A stretch of DNA of 64,000 nt from Escherichia coli (GCF_003334355.1 NZ_QOWP01000010.1); one strand, 5' to 3'. Counted from the stretch's first letter, positions 36,804-48,208 are shown. Translations and numbers: made by a program. Notes: generated by a model not told the origin, from the sequence alone.

Positions 36804-36832
36804 CTGACGAAAGTCAGTTCAATTTACTAAAG

Positions 36833-36866
36833 GCAAAAAAAACCCCGCAGCAGCGGGGTTTTTCTA
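36833..36866. terminator. bidirectional intrinsic terminator between convergent matP and ompA
   Basis: A8 run, hairpin ccccgc-agca-gcgggg, then ttttt. Confidence 0.7.
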
Positions 36867-36878
36867 CCAGACGAGAAC

Positions 36879-37919
36879 TTAAGCCTGCGGCTGAGTTACA
36901 ACGTCTTTGATACCTTTAACTTCGATCTCTACGCGACGATCCGGAGCCAGGCAGTCGATCAGTGCAGCACGCTGTTTCACGTTGTCACAGGTGTTGCCAG
37001 TAACCGGGTTGGATTCGCCCATACCACGTGCGGAGATCTTGTCTGCCGGGATACCTTTGGAGATCAGGTAATCAACAACAGACTGAGCACGGCGCTCGGA
37101 CAGACCCTGGTTGTAAGCGTCAGAACCGATGCGGTCGGTGTAACCCAGAACAACTACGGAACCGTCTTTCGGATCCAGGTTGCTCAGCTGGCTGTACAGC
37201 TGATCCAGAGCAGCCTGACCTTCCGGTTTCAGGGTTGCTTTGTTGAAGTTGAACAGAACGTCAGACTTCAGAGTGAAGTGCTTGGTCTGTACTTCCGGTG
37301 CCGGAGCTGGAGCCGGAGCAACTACTGGAGCTGCTTCGCCCTGACCGAAACGGTAGGAAACACCCAGGCTCAGCATGCCGTTGTCCGGACGAGTGCCGAT
37401 GGTGTGTGCGTCACCGATGTTGTTGGTCCACTGGTATTCCAGACGGGTAGCGATTTCAGGAGTGATCGCGTACTCAACACCGCCAGCGAAGACCGGAGAA
37501 ACGCCGGTGTCGTGGTTTTTACCATAAACGTTGGATTTAGTGTCTGCACGCCATACCATACCACCCAGACGAGTGTAGATGTCCAGGTCGTCAGTGATTG
37601 GGTAACCCAGTTTAGCGGTCAGTTGAACGCCCTGAGCTTTGTATGCACCGTTTTCAACGCTGCCTTTGTACGGCATACGACCTAACCAGTCGTAACCCAT
37701 TTCAAAGCCAACATACGGGTTAACCTGGTAACCACCAAAAGCACCAGCGCCCAGTTGGTTTTCATGGGTCGGGCCATTGTTGTTGATGAAACCAGTGTCA
37801 TGGTACTGGGACCAGCCCAGTTTAGCACCAGTGTACCAGGTGTTATCTTTCGGAGCGGCCTGCGCTACGGTAGCGAAACCAGCCAGTGCCACTGCAATCG
37901 CGATAGCTGTCTTTTTCAT
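36879..37919 (-). CDS. ompA: outer membrane protein A (OmpA)
   Basis: ORF 36879..37991 (starts at an upstream GTG); recognised start [36 protein letters not shown]; C-terminal OmpA-like domain; start set in frame with the ORF track. Confidence 0.96.
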
Positions 37920-38052
37920 TTTTTGCGCCTCGTTATCATCCAAAATACGCCATGAATATCTCCAACGAGATAACACGGTTAAATCCTTCACCGGGGGATC
38001 TGCTCAATATTAACTCTACCGATATCTTCGGCTTATGCCGAGCACCCCTGGC
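37920..38052 (-). promoter_or_regulatory. ompA long 5' untranslated leader (stabilising stem-loops; sRNA target region)
   Basis: minus-strand sequence beginning GCCAGGGGTGCTCGGCATAAGCCGAAGATATCGGTAGAG… matches the known roughly 133-nt ompA leader. Confidence 0.65.
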
Positions 38053-38275
38053 GATGTAAAGTCTACAACGTAGTTGAAAACTTACAAGTGTGAACTCCGT
38101 CAGGCATATGAAAAAAAAGTCTTGTATAAGGTATGTTTAATCTTTTTTGTCAGCGACAATTTACAGAAGAGAATCGCGGAAACCGCTTCAGACAAGCCTC
38201 CGCAAGGAAAATTAGTCACGACTGAAAGCATTGGCTGGGCGACAAAAAAAGTTCCAGGATTAATCCTAAATTTAC

Positions 38276-38785
38276 TTAATGATACAAATTAGAGTGAATT
38301 TTTAGCCCGGAAAGTTGTCTCGTGGCGTGAGAGGATGCGCTTACCGGACGCATAATAAACCCCATAGCGTTACCTTCATTTGCCGCATCAACAAGTTCAG
38401 CATGCTCTTCTTCAGTCAAATCATCTGCCAACCAACCGATCACCACACTGTAATTGCCCGTGCGTAAAGCGCGAACCATTGACTCCACAGTGTGGCAAGG
38501 GGAGAGCTGGCTAATCTGCATTACTTTCGTTAAGGGTAGCCCAGATGCCTGAACCCATTCCCGACTCAGTTTTTGTTGCGGTGTTAACCAGAGTTGCCAG
38601 CGCGATTGCTGACCGAGTTGCTGTAACAATGGCAACAGTAGAAGTTGCGTCATCATGGGCTGATCTTCGCGATAGACAACTTCACTGATAAGCCCGGCTG
38701 TAGTGTTTTCCGTAGAGACACGCGCAATTTTACTTGCTGCGGATGAGAACGACGAAGAACGATGTGCATAGCCTGAAGTGTACAT
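38276..38785 (-). CDS. sulA: SOS cell-division inhibitor SulA
   Basis: ORF 38276..38791; recognised start [38 protein letters not shown]; 169 aa. Confidence 0.95.
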
Positions 38786-38807
38786 AATCAATCCAGCCCC
38801 TGTGAGT

Positions 38808-38827
38808 TACTGTATGGATGTACAGTA
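38808..38827. promoter_or_regulatory. LexA (SOS) box of sulA
   Basis: tactgtatggatgtacagta = CTGT-N8-ACAG palindrome; reverse complement TACTGTACATCCATACAGTA is the published sulA operator; 23 bp upstream of the start codon. Confidence 0.85.
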
Positions 38828-39003
38828 CATCCAGTGACAACAAAGATCAACCCTATTTTCGGAAAGAGCCTCGCAAATTTTGTCGTTGGTGACGGGAAAA
38901 CATAAATTAATCTTGCCCCTTAAGAATAAGTTGCCTATTTTCGTAGTTAACGGATCCGTTAATGTGAATCATTCTTTTATGTTATGATTTTAAAAGGAAT
39001 TTT

Positions 39004-39633
39004 ATGAAAAGCCTCTCCTATAAGCGGATCTATAAATCACAAGAATACCTGGCAACGTTGGGCACAATTGAATACCGATCATTGTTTGGCAGTTACAGCC
39101 TGACCGTTGACGACACGGTGTTTGCGATGGTTTCTGATGGTGAGTTGTATCTTCGGGCTTGTGAGCAAAGTGCACAGTACTGTGTAAAACATCCGCCTGT
39201 CTGGCTGACATATAAAAAGTGTGGCCGATCCGTTACCCTCAATTACTATCGGGTTGATGAAAGTCTATGGCGAAATCAACTGAAGCTGGTGCGTCTGTCG
39301 AAATATTCTCTCGATGCAGCGCTGAAAGAGAAAAGCACGCGCAATACCCGGGAAAGACTGAAAGATTTGCCCAATATGTCTTTTCATCTGGAAGCGATTC
39401 TCGGGGAGGTGGGGATTAAGGATGTACGGGCGTTACGTATACTTGGGGCAAAAATGTGTTGGTTGCGACTGCGGCAGCAAAACAGTCTGGTGACAGAAAA
39501 GATTCTGTTTATGCTTGAAGGTGCCATTATCGGCATTCATGAAGCTGCGCTCCCGGTGGCACGCCGCCAGGAGCTTGCAGAATGGGCTGACTCTCTTACG
39601 CCGAAACAGGAGTTTCCTGCGGAACTTGAGTAA
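39004..39633 (+). CDS. sxy: competence regulator Sxy (TfoX)
   Basis: ORF 209 aa; N-terminus MKSLSYKRIYKSQEYLATLGTIEYRSLFGSYSL. Confidence 0.92.
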   Translation: MKSLSYKRIYKSQEYLATLGTIEYRSLFGSYSLTVDDTVFAMVSDGELYLRACEQSAQYCVKHPPVWLTYKKCGRSVTLNYYRVDESLWRNQLKLVRLSKYSLDAALKEKSTRNTRERLKDLPNMSFHLEAILGEVGIKDVRALRILGAKMCWLRLRQQNSLVTEKILFMLEGAIIGIHEAALPVARRQELAEWADSLTPKQEFPAELE

Positions 39634-41749
39634 TCTGGCGTTGCAGACGACCAATCTCAGGCAGTAATGCAATCAATAATCCAACTTGTTGTACGACCAG
39701 AGGTTCTTTGCTGTCTGCCCGTGGTTCAAGTTGCTGCATCCGCTGTTTCAGGCTAGCTAATGCCTCATTGACGCGTTCTTCATCAGCAGGTTGATGATGT
39801 AACGCGTCATCAACATAGCAAACTGCGTCATCAAGAAACGCCAGAATTTCAGGATTAGTTAACTGCTCCCGGTGAGCACCGAGGGCTGAGATATAGCTGG
39901 TAAACGTATGGTTAAGGCACAGCAACCGAAACGCGGCTTCGCGAATTTGCGGGGTAACGTTCGGCTCGCTGGACATATTTGATACCACCGACGCCAGCTC
40001 AGCATCACGGTTGTGTGCATCGCGGCGGGCAATACGATACGCCAGACGGTTATCACGCCCCTGATGGTATTGCTCCAGTATGGCATCGAGATACCGACAG
40101 TTGGCCTCTGTGGCGCGTTCGAGCATGCGCGGCAGATTGCGAAACTGCCAGTCAGGCCAGATGTAGCTCACTGCCGCCCACGCAATGGCACAACCAATCA
40201 GCGTATCGATTACGCGAGGTAACGCTACTTCAAAACCTTCACCCAGTAAGTTAAAACACAGTAGCACCAAAAGTGTGATGAACATCGTTGCATGAGCGTA
40301 TTGCACGTTACGGAAGGCAAAAAAGAGCACGCCGGTAATAACCAGCAGCACCAGCTGCCCTTCCAGTGATGGCACAAACCACAGCACAGGAATGCCAATG
40401 GCGATACCTACCAGCGTACCAATAATCCTTAACTTCAGGCGGTGGCGCGTGGCGTTATAGTTTGGCTGGCAGACAAACAAACTTGTCAGCAAGATCCAAT
40501 ACCCGTGATGCATTCCGGTTATCTGAATGATGGCGTAGCCGAAGCACAACACCAGCGACATTCTTACCGCATGACGGAAGAGGGCGGATTCCGGCGTGAA
40601 GTGACGGCTAAGACGCAGCCAGATATCACTCAACCCGTGCGGGCTGTCATCAGCGAGCTCATTTTCGTCATTATTATGGGGTAGTGCCTGGGCCTGTTCT
40701 GATTCAATTGTTGCCAGTTGGGCATCAATGGCGCGTAAATTGTTCAGCAAAAATCCCAGTGTTTTGAGTAAATCGGCGGGTGCGCCGTTATCGCGCATCC
40801 GCTCCAGCGCAGCATCAATATGCGTAAAAGCGCGCTCAAAATGCGGATCATGTTGATAAGGCTGACGCAACAAAATACAGCGTGACAGTTGCTGGCACGC
40901 CTGGCCCTGCATCGACATCAGCCGCTGAAAACGGAACAGCACGTCGCTGTGGCGAAAATGTTCACGCAATGTTTGATACTGAATATGAGAAGAGCTGGCA
41001 CGCTCGTGAATATCCTGTGCGACAAAGTAATAATGCAGCGTGCGACGCGTTCCCCGTTGACCACGATCGCCACGTAAGCGGGTCAGCAGCGAGAGTTTCG
41101 TCTGATTCAATGTCGCCATCAGCAGACCGTTGGCGAGAGCCAAATCGTACAGCGGTGCCTGGCTTTGATCTTCAATATCAGGATCAAACATGCGCGACTT
41201 GAGCTCAAGATAACGCGCCAGTTGTTCATAGCAACGCGCCAGGTTGTCCTGCAGCGGGCGGACCGGGAACAGCAGATGACCAATAAGTGTCAGGACGTTG
41301 TACCAGACGGCACCGGCCAGCAGATACATCGGCTGCTGATACCAGTGCTCATACAGTGATGTTCCCAACATAGTGTAAATGGCGATCAGCAATGCACCGA
41401 AGGCAATTGTTGCATAGCGTTGACCCAGACCGCCGAGCAAAATGAAGCCGCTGGTAGAGAGCGTTAAGCCAATCGCAAATAGCCAGGGCCAGGGAAACAG
41501 CAATTCTACTGAGGCCGAGGCGATAAAAAAGCAGAACAGCGTAATGATGAGGTTACGCAAACGTCCCGCCAGTCGGTCATCGAGATCGGTCAGCGCCGCT
41601 GCCACCATCCCCAGCGTTAGCGGAATCGTCAGTTTTACATCACCCAGCCACCACGGAAACGCTGTGGTTCCACAAAGCGCAATAAAAATACGCGCGTAAT
41701 ACAGCCAGGCGCTGTTCCAGGTATAGCGTTTGAGCAAAGGACTTAGCAT
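39596..41749 (-). CDS. yccS: inner membrane protein YccS (FUSC-like putative efflux family)
   Basis: ORF 39596..41758, 720 aa; two hydrophobic multi-span blocks separated by a large soluble region; start assigned at MLSPLLKRYTWNSAW (an in-frame ATG 9 nt upstream is also possible); 3' end overlaps sxy by 38 bp. Confidence 0.85.
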   Translation of the reverse strand: MLSPLLKRYTWNSAWLYYARIFIALCGTTAFPWWLGDVKLTIPLTLGMVAAALTDLDDRLAGRLRNLIITLFCFFIASASVELLFPWPWLFAIGLTLSTSGFILLGGLGQRYATIAFGALLIAIYTMLGTSLYEHWYQQPMYLLAGAVWYNVLTLIGHLLFPVRPLQDNLARCYEQLARYLELKSRMFDPDIEDQSQAPLYDLALANGLLMATLNQTKLSLLTRLRGDRGQRGTRRTLHYYFVAQDIHERASSSHIQYQTLREHFRHSDVLFRFQRLMSMQGQACQQLSRCILLRQPYQHDPHFERAFTHIDAALERMRDNGAPADLLKTLGFLLNNLRAIDAQLATIESEQAQALPHNNDENELADDSPHGLSDIWLRLSRHFTPESALFRHAVRMSLVLCFGYAIIQITGMHHGYWILLTSLFVCQPNYNATRHRLKLRIIGTLVGIAIGIPVLWFVPSLEGQLVLLVITGVLFFAFRNVQYAHATMFITLLVLLCFNLLGEGFEVALPRVIDTLIGCAIAWAAVSYIWPDWQFRNLPRMLERATEANCRYLDAILEQYHQGRDNRLAYRIARRDAHNRDAELASVVSNMSSEPNVTPQIREAAFRLLCLNHTFTSYISALGAHREQLTNPEILAFLDDAVCYVDDALHHQPADEERVNEALASLKQRMQQLEPRADSKEPLVVQQVGLLIALLPEIGRLQRQITQVPQETPVSA

Positions 41750-41767
41750 AAAGGCCATATTAGTGGA

Positions 41768-42214
41768 TTATTCAAAACGACGACGTGCATTGGCTTCACG
41801 CGCAGCTTGCGCTGTTTCTACCGATACCACGCGACGACCAACCGGCCATAGTGCAATAGCGGCAATTTTAAAGTTCGCAATGCCGACAGGAATGCCAATG
41901 ATTGAAATACATTGTGCGATGCCCGTTGCAATGTGCATCAGGCATAACCACCAGCCAAAGAAAATCAGCCAGAAAATATTCAATACCGTACCGCCAGTAT
42001 TCAGCAGCACATTTTTGCCAGCCGGGTTCAGTTCATCGACATGAATAGCTTCATTGCCATAAGGCACCAGAGACAGTTTAGTGATCTCCCAGCAGGATCG
42101 TGTCAGCGGTAAGGTAAAAATCAGCACAATACTGACCAGAGTCGCCAACAGCCAGCCCAGAGTGGTGGCAAATCCGCCAAGCACAAAGTTCAGAATGTTC
42201 AAAACGGTACGCAT
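41768..42214 (-). CDS. yccF: inner membrane protein YccF
   Basis: ORF 148 aa; small hydrophobic protein immediately upstream of yccS on the same strand. Confidence 0.88.
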   Translation of the reverse strand: MRTVLNILNFVLGGFATTLGWLLATLVSIVLIFTLPLTRSCWEITKLSLVPYGNEAIHVDELNPAGKNVLLNTGGTVLNIFWLIFFGWWLCLMHIATGIAQCISIIGIPVGIANFKIAAIALWPVGRRVVSVETAQAAREANARRRFE

Positions 42215-42336
42215 AAAACCTCGCTTTACTGTGGTTTTCAGTAATGGGCGGCAATTGTAACGTTTTTTTGGGCTGGAGCACGTTTTCTCTGACGGTTACA
42301 CTGATAAGAAATAATTTCGTGTGGATCTACAGAGTC

Positions 42337-44391
42337 ATGGAACTGAAAGCGACAACGCTTGGAAAACGTCTGGCACAGCACCCTTACGATCGGGCGGTGA
42401 TCCTCAATGCCGGGATTAAAGTCTCCGGCGATCGCCACGAATACCTTATTCCTTTCAATCAATTACTGGCGATTCACTGTAAGCGCGGTCTGGTATGGGG
42501 CGAGCTGGAATTTGTACTGCCGGACGAAAAAGTGGTGCGTCTGCACGGCACCGAATGGGGCGAGACGCAGCGTTTTTACCATCATCTTGATGCTCACTGG
42601 CGGCGGTGGAGTGGCGAGATGAGCGAAATTGCGTCTGGTGTTTTACGCCAGCAACTGGATTTGATTGCCACGCGCACTGGAGAAAATAAATGGCTGACGC
42701 GTGAGCAAACCTCTGGCGTTCAGCAACAAATCCGCCAGGCTTTGTCGGCGTTGCCGTTGCCGGTTAACCGACTGGAAGAATTCGATAACTGCCGTGAGGC
42801 GTGGCGTAAATGTCAGGCCTGGTTGAAAGATATTGAAAGCGCTCGGTTGCAGCATAACCAGGCGTATACCGAAGCCATGCTTACCGAGTATGCGGATTTT
42901 TTCCGCCAGGTCGAGTCTTCACCGCTGAATCCGGCGCAGGCCCGGGCAGTCGTTAATGGCGAGCATTCTCTGTTAGTGCTGGCAGGTGCAGGAAGCGGAA
43001 AAACGTCGGTGCTGGTGGCCCGTGCAGGCTGGTTGCTGGCGCGTGGTGAAGCGTCCCCTGAGCAAATTTTATTGCTGGCGTTTGGTCGCAAAGCCGCTGA
43101 AGAGATGGACGAGCGGATTCGCGAACGGCTACATACCGAAGACATTACCGCACGCACGTTTCATGCGCTGGCGCTGCATATTATTCAGCAGGGCAGCAAA
43201 AAAGTTCCGATAGTCAGCAAACTGGAAAATGATACCGCTGCCCGTCATGAACTCTTTATTGCTGAGTGGCGCAAGCAATGCAGCGAAAAGAAAGCGCAGG
43301 CGAAGGGCTGGCGGCAATGGCTGACGGAAGAAATGCAGTGGTCAGTGCCAGAAGGTAACTTCTGGGATGATGAAAAATTACAGCGTCGCCTTGCCTCTCG
43401 CCTCGATCGCTGGGTAAGTCTGATGCGGATGCACGGTGGTGCACAGGCAGAAATGATTGCCAGTGCACCCGAAGAGATTCGCGATCTGTTCAGTAAACGT
43501 ATCAAGTTGATGGCCCCGTTATTAAAAGCCTGGAAAGGTGCGCTGAAGGCAGAAAACGCTGTCGATTTTTCGGGCCTTATTCATCAGGCGATTGTGATTC
43601 TGGAGAAAGGTCGCTTTATCAGCCCGTGGAAGCATATTCTGGTTGATGAATTTCAGGATATCTCGCCGCAGCGGGCAGCGTTGTTAGCGGCATTACGCAA
43701 GCAAAACAGTCAGACGACGTTGTTCGCTGTTGGTGATGACTGGCAGGCGATTTACCGATTCAGCGGTGCGCAAATGTCGCTCACCACCGCTTTCCATGAA
43801 AACTTTGGTGAAGGCGAACGCTGTGATTTAGACACGACTTACCGTTTTAACAGTCGTATCGGTGAGGTGGCAAACCGGTTTATTCAGCAGAACCCAGGCC
43901 AGCTGAAAAAGCCGCTAAACAGCTTAACCAATGGAGACAAAAAAGCCGTCACGTTATTGGATGAGAGTCAACTTGACGCTTTGCTGGATAAGCTCTCTGG
44001 TTATGCCAAACCGGAAGAGCGCATTCTGATCCTGGCGCGTTACCATCACATGAGGCCTGCCAGCCTGGAAAAAGCGGCAACACGCTGGCCGAAGTTGCAA
44101 ATCGACTTTATGACCATTCATGCCAGCAAAGGGCAACAGGCGGATTACGTCATCATCGTTGGCTTGCAGGAGGGAAGTGATGGTTTTCCGGCTGCGGCGC
44201 GGGAGTCGATTATGGAAGAGGCGCTACTGCCACCGGTTGAGGATTTCCCGAACGCTGAAGAACGGCGGTTAATGTACGTGGCGCTGACCCGGGCACGCCA
44301 TCGGGTATGGGCACTGTTTAACAAAGAGAATCCCTCTCCCTTTGTGGAAATACTGAAAAATCTGGATGTGCCGGTGGCGAGAAAACCGTAA
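42337..44391 (+). CDS. helD: DNA helicase IV HelD
   Basis: ORF 42244..44391; recognised start MELKATTLGKRLAQHPYDRAVILNAG at ATG 42337; UvrD-like Walker A VLAGAGSGKTS. Confidence 0.94.
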   Translation: MELKATTLGKRLAQHPYDRAVILNAGIKVSGDRHEYLIPFNQLLAIHCKRGLVWGELEFVLPDEKVVRLHGTEWGETQRFYHHLDAHWRRWSGEMSEIASGVLRQQLDLIATRTGENKWLTREQTSGVQQQIRQALSALPLPVNRLEEFDNCREAWRKCQAWLKDIESARLQHNQAYTEAMLTEYADFFRQVESSPLNPAQARAVVNGEHSLLVLAGAGSGKTSVLVARAGWLLARGEASPEQILLLAFGRKAAEEMDERIRERLHTEDITARTFHALALHIIQQGSKKVPIVSKLENDTAARHELFIAEWRKQCSEKKAQAKGWRQWLTEEMQWSVPEGNFWDDEKLQRRLASRLDRWVSLMRMHGGAQAEMIASAPEEIRDLFSKRIKLMAPLLKAWKGALKAENAVDFSGLIHQAIVILEKGRFISPWKHILVDEFQDISPQRAALLAALRKQNSQTTLFAVGDDWQAIYRFSGAQMSLTTAFHENFGEGERCDLDTTYRFNSRIGEVANRFIQQNPGQLKKPLNSLTNGDKKAVTLLDESQLDALLDKLSGYAKPEERILILARYHHMRPASLEKAATRWPKLQIDFMTIHASKGQQADYVIIVGLQEGSDGFPAAARESIMEEALLPPVEDFPNAEERRLMYVALTRARHRVWALFNKENPSPFVEILKNLDVPVARKP

Positions 44392-44422
44392 GAAACAGGT
44401 GGCGTTTGCCACCTGTGCAATA

Positions 44423-44881
44423 TTACTTCAGACGGTCCGCGAGATAACGCTGATAATCGGGGATCAGAATATCGACCGCGTCGTTGAAATGCGGCGACTG
44501 GATTATGAAGTCTGCCGTTGCCACGTTGGTGGCGACCGGAATGTTCCATACCGTCGCCAGACGCAGCAAGGCTTTCACGTCAGGATCGTGCGGCACGGCA
44601 TTTAGTGGATCCCAGAAGAAAATCAATACATCAATTTTCCCTTCTGAGATCAATGCGCCAACCTGCTGGTCACCCCCCATTGGGCCACTCAACATCGCGT
44701 TGACGTTCATGCCGGTCGCGCGGGAAATTAAGTTACCGGTAGTGCCTGTTGCATACAGTACGTGTTGTTCCAGTAACGGTTGATGCCGTTCCACCCAGCT
44801 CATCAGCATTTGTTTGCAGTGATCGTGTGCCACCAGCGCAATATGTTTCCGCGCAGGTAAAGTGCGAGTCGTCAGTTCCAT
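44423..44881 (-). CDS. mgsA: methylglyoxal synthase MgsA
   Basis: ORF 44423..44890; recognised start [27 protein letters not shown]; 152 aa. Confidence 0.95.
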
Positions 44882-44976
44882 AATGTACATCCGTAGTTAA
44901 CTTTCCTACAGATTACTGTAAGCACTTATCGCTGCAAGATAAAGACCGAAAAAGCCTGCGCACAGGCACAAAAATC

Positions 44977-45639
44977 TCAGGAAGATGGTTGTTTTTCCGC
45001 CCACTGCAGGAAAGTATTTCGCGTTTGTGGGTCAGCCAGTTTAAACCAATACTTCAGCCGTTGTTCTGTGAGCACCTGAGACTGCGGTGGAATAGCATCC
45101 AGCTCGGAAACACCCGAAAGCAGCGTACTGTCATCTGCCATCATCGTGGCAAATTGCGGTAGTGAAGCGCGTTTCGCGGATTTGTTATAGCGTTCAACCT
45201 CGACCTCATAATCAATCGTTTTTGCCGTTGAGGTAATGGCGAGAATATCCAGCTTTACCGGAATCGGCGTCGCATCGCCATCCAACAATTCAAGGCGCGG
45301 CGCGGCATCAAAATGGTTAGCTTCCCGCTCATTCTCCAGGCGAGGCAGGCGAAAATTGACCTGGTTGATGAGCTGGGTATTAAAACTGACCACCAGCGGT
45401 GGGGAGATATACAGCCGTTCTTCACTATTGGAAAGATGAATCGTCTTCTCAACGCGAAACACTAACTGATGCGGTCCATTATCCAGTTCAATGCTGTCCG
45501 CACCGCGCAGCAGAGAGCTGGAAACCTTCTTGCCGTCGAGTACCAGAAGATCGACATCGGTTGAAAGCCGCAGCGTGGTGGCAAAAACGGATACCGGCAA
45601 ACATAATGCAATCAAGGTGGTCACGATGCCGGTTTTCAT
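44977..45639 (-). CDS. yccT: secreted protein YccT (UPF0319/DUF2057 family)
   Basis: ORF 220 aa with signal peptide [20 protein letters not shown]. Confidence 0.88.
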
Positions 45640-45811
45640 AGGTAGCTCCTGTCAAAAGACCGCCCGAATAATAATGTGTCAAAATTTTTCTTTAATCATA
45701 CTTACTAACATATAGACATATTTCCCGCTTTTGCTCTCATTCATTCGTATTAGCTGCATGGTTGGCATGTCGGCTTTGTCGTACACTTTGTTAAACAGTC
45801 TGGAGGAAATA

Positions 45812-46225
45812 ATGAAAGAAACCGATATTGCAGGCATTTTAACGTCCACTCACACCATTGCGCTGGTGGGGGCAAGCGACAAACCCGATCGTCCCAGCTA
45901 TCGCGTGATGAAATATCTACTCGACCAGGGGTATCACGTCATTCCGGTTTCGCCAAAAGTTGCCGGCAAAACGCTGCTGGGCCAGAAGGGGTATGGCACG
46001 CTGGCAGACGTTCCGGAAAAAGTCGATATGGTCGATGTTTTCCGTAATTCAGAAGCGGCGTGGGGCGTGGCACAGGAAGCTATTGCCATTGGCGCGAAAA
46101 CCCTCTGGATGCAACTGGGGGTGATTAATGAGCAAGCGGCAGTACTGGCACGGGATGCCGGGTTAAATGTGGTGATGGATCGCTGCCCGGCTATTGAGAT
46201 CCCTCGCCTGGGCCTGGCCAAATAA
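45812..46225 (+). CDS. yccU: CoA-binding domain protein YccU
   Basis: ORF 45731..46225; recognised start [30 protein letters not shown] (Rossmann-like CoA-binding signature); 137 aa. Confidence 0.88.
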   Translation: MKETDIAGILTSTHTIALVGASDKPDRPSYRVMKYLLDQGYHVIPVSPKVAGKTLLGQKGYGTLADVPEKVDMVDVFRNSEAAWGVAQEAIAIGAKTLWMQLGVINEQAAVLARDAGLNVVMDRCPAIEIPRLGLAK

Positions 46226-46262
46226 AAAATCCCCGGAAGGCAAAAACCTTCCGGGGATTTGT
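46222..46262. terminator. bidirectional intrinsic terminator between convergent yccU and hspQ
   Basis: A6, hairpin tccccggaagg-caaaaa-ccttccgggga, then ttt. Confidence 0.7.
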
Positions 46263-46269
46263 TCAGGGA

Positions 46270-46644
<375 letters not shown>

Positions 46645-47835
46645 TTACATGACGCGACAGGCAAACCCTTTCAGATATAGCCCTTCCGGATAGGTAGCGA
46701 TCACCGGATGATCGGCTGCCTGACGGAACTGCTCTATAAATTGTACATCACGACCGGCATCAATTGCGGCATCCGCGATGATTTTCTGAAATAAATCGCT
46801 GGTCATCAGACCGGAACAGGAGAAAGTCAGGAGAATACCGCCTTCATTCAGCAGCTGAATCGCCAGCATGTTGATGTCTTTATAACCACGACACGCGCCC
46901 ATCAACTGGCTTTTATTCTCAACAAACTTCGGCGGGTCCATCACGATAACGTCAAATTTTTCACCGCGATCGCGATAAGTACGCAGCAATTTAAAGACAT
47001 CATCACGGACAAACTCAGCCTTGCTCAGATCCAGTTTGTTCAGCTCAACGTTCTGCCGTGCAATATCCAGCGCTTCCTGGGAGGTATCAACGCTGACAAC
47101 CTGGCTGCAACCGCCCATCAGTGCCGATACGGCGAAACCACCGGTATAGGAGAAACAGTTCAGCACACGTTTATTTTCAACGTAGCGGCGGGTAGCCAGG
47201 CGGCTATCACGCTGGTCCAGGTAGTAGCCCGTTTTGTGTCCGTGCTGAATATCCACCAGCAGTTTCATTCCGTGTTCTTCAATCGGCAGCAGGGCAGGTG
47301 GCAACTCGCCGGTGACGGGGCCCTGGGTCAGCTCCATTCCTTCTTTTTTACGTACCGCGACGTCGCTGCGATCGTAAATCGAACATTCCGGGTACAGCGT
47401 TTGCAGGGCACTAATTAATGCCGCGCGCTGATATTCTGCCCCAGCACTCAGCAGTTGCAGCACCAGAAAATTACCGAAACGATCGATAGTAATACCCGGC
47501 AGGCCATCAGATTCTCCGGCGATTAAACGATAGCTGTCGAGGCCATCTTTTTGCGCCAGCCAGTCACGCCATTTTTGTGCTTGTTGCAAACGGCGGGAAA
47601 AAAAAGCAATGTCGATAGACTCAGACGGGTCAAACGTCCAGACGCGCGCCCGGATTTGCGAAGCTGGCGAATAAGCGCCGCGTGCTAACCATTTTCCCTG
47701 ATGATCAACAATATCGATGGTTTCACCGAGGCTGGCTTTACCTTCCATGCGGGCAACGGCCCCGGAAAAGACCCACGGATGGCGACGAAGTAATGATTTT
47801 TCGCGCCCTTTGGCTAACACTAAACGTACACTCAT
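46645..47835 (-). CDS. rlmI: 23S rRNA m5C1962 methyltransferase RlmI (YccW)
   Basis: ORF 396 aa; N-terminus [26 protein letters not shown]; SAM-methyltransferase region (…[10 protein letters not shown]…). Confidence 0.93.
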
Positions 47836-47929
47836 AATTTACTTTTCTGTCGATGCAAAGAAATGGGCGTCATTGTCCGGAGTTTTCCATGGATTTGCAA
47901 CGCGTCCATTAAGGATAAGGAGAGCAGCA

Positions 47930-48208
47930 ATGTCGAAAGTCTGCATAATTGCCTGGGTTTACGGGCGAGTTCAGGGCGTAGGATTTCGCTACACCACACA
48001 GTACGAAGCGAAAAGACTGGGTTTAACCGGGTACGCCAAAAATCTTGACGATGGCAGCGTGGAAGTGGTTGCTTGCGGTGAAGAAGGGCAGGTGGAAAAA
48101 TTAATGCAGTGGTTAAAGAGTGGCGGCCCGCGTTCTGCGCGTGTAGAACGGGTGCTCAGCGAGCCGCATCATCCCTCGGGGGAATTAACCGATTTTCGTA
48201 TCCGTTAA
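47930..48208 (+). CDS. acyP: acylphosphatase AcyP (YccX)
   Basis: ORF 47717..48208; recognised start [38 protein letters not shown] (acylphosphatase signature) at ATG 47930. Confidence 0.9.

Noticed and set aside
37855-37925. Apparent one-base frame inconsistency at the ompA start when counting bases by hand
   Set aside because: The ORF track shows an uninterrupted OmpA frame through this region, so the discrepancy is most likely my own counting or reading error, not a real frameshift; ompA start was set in frame with the track.
44394-44415. Hairpin caggtggcgtttgccacctg between convergent helD and mgsA as a terminator
   Set aside because: Perfect stem but no flanking T-tract on either strand, so not confidently an intrinsic terminator; may be a weak structure or Rho-dependent region. 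Left unannotated.
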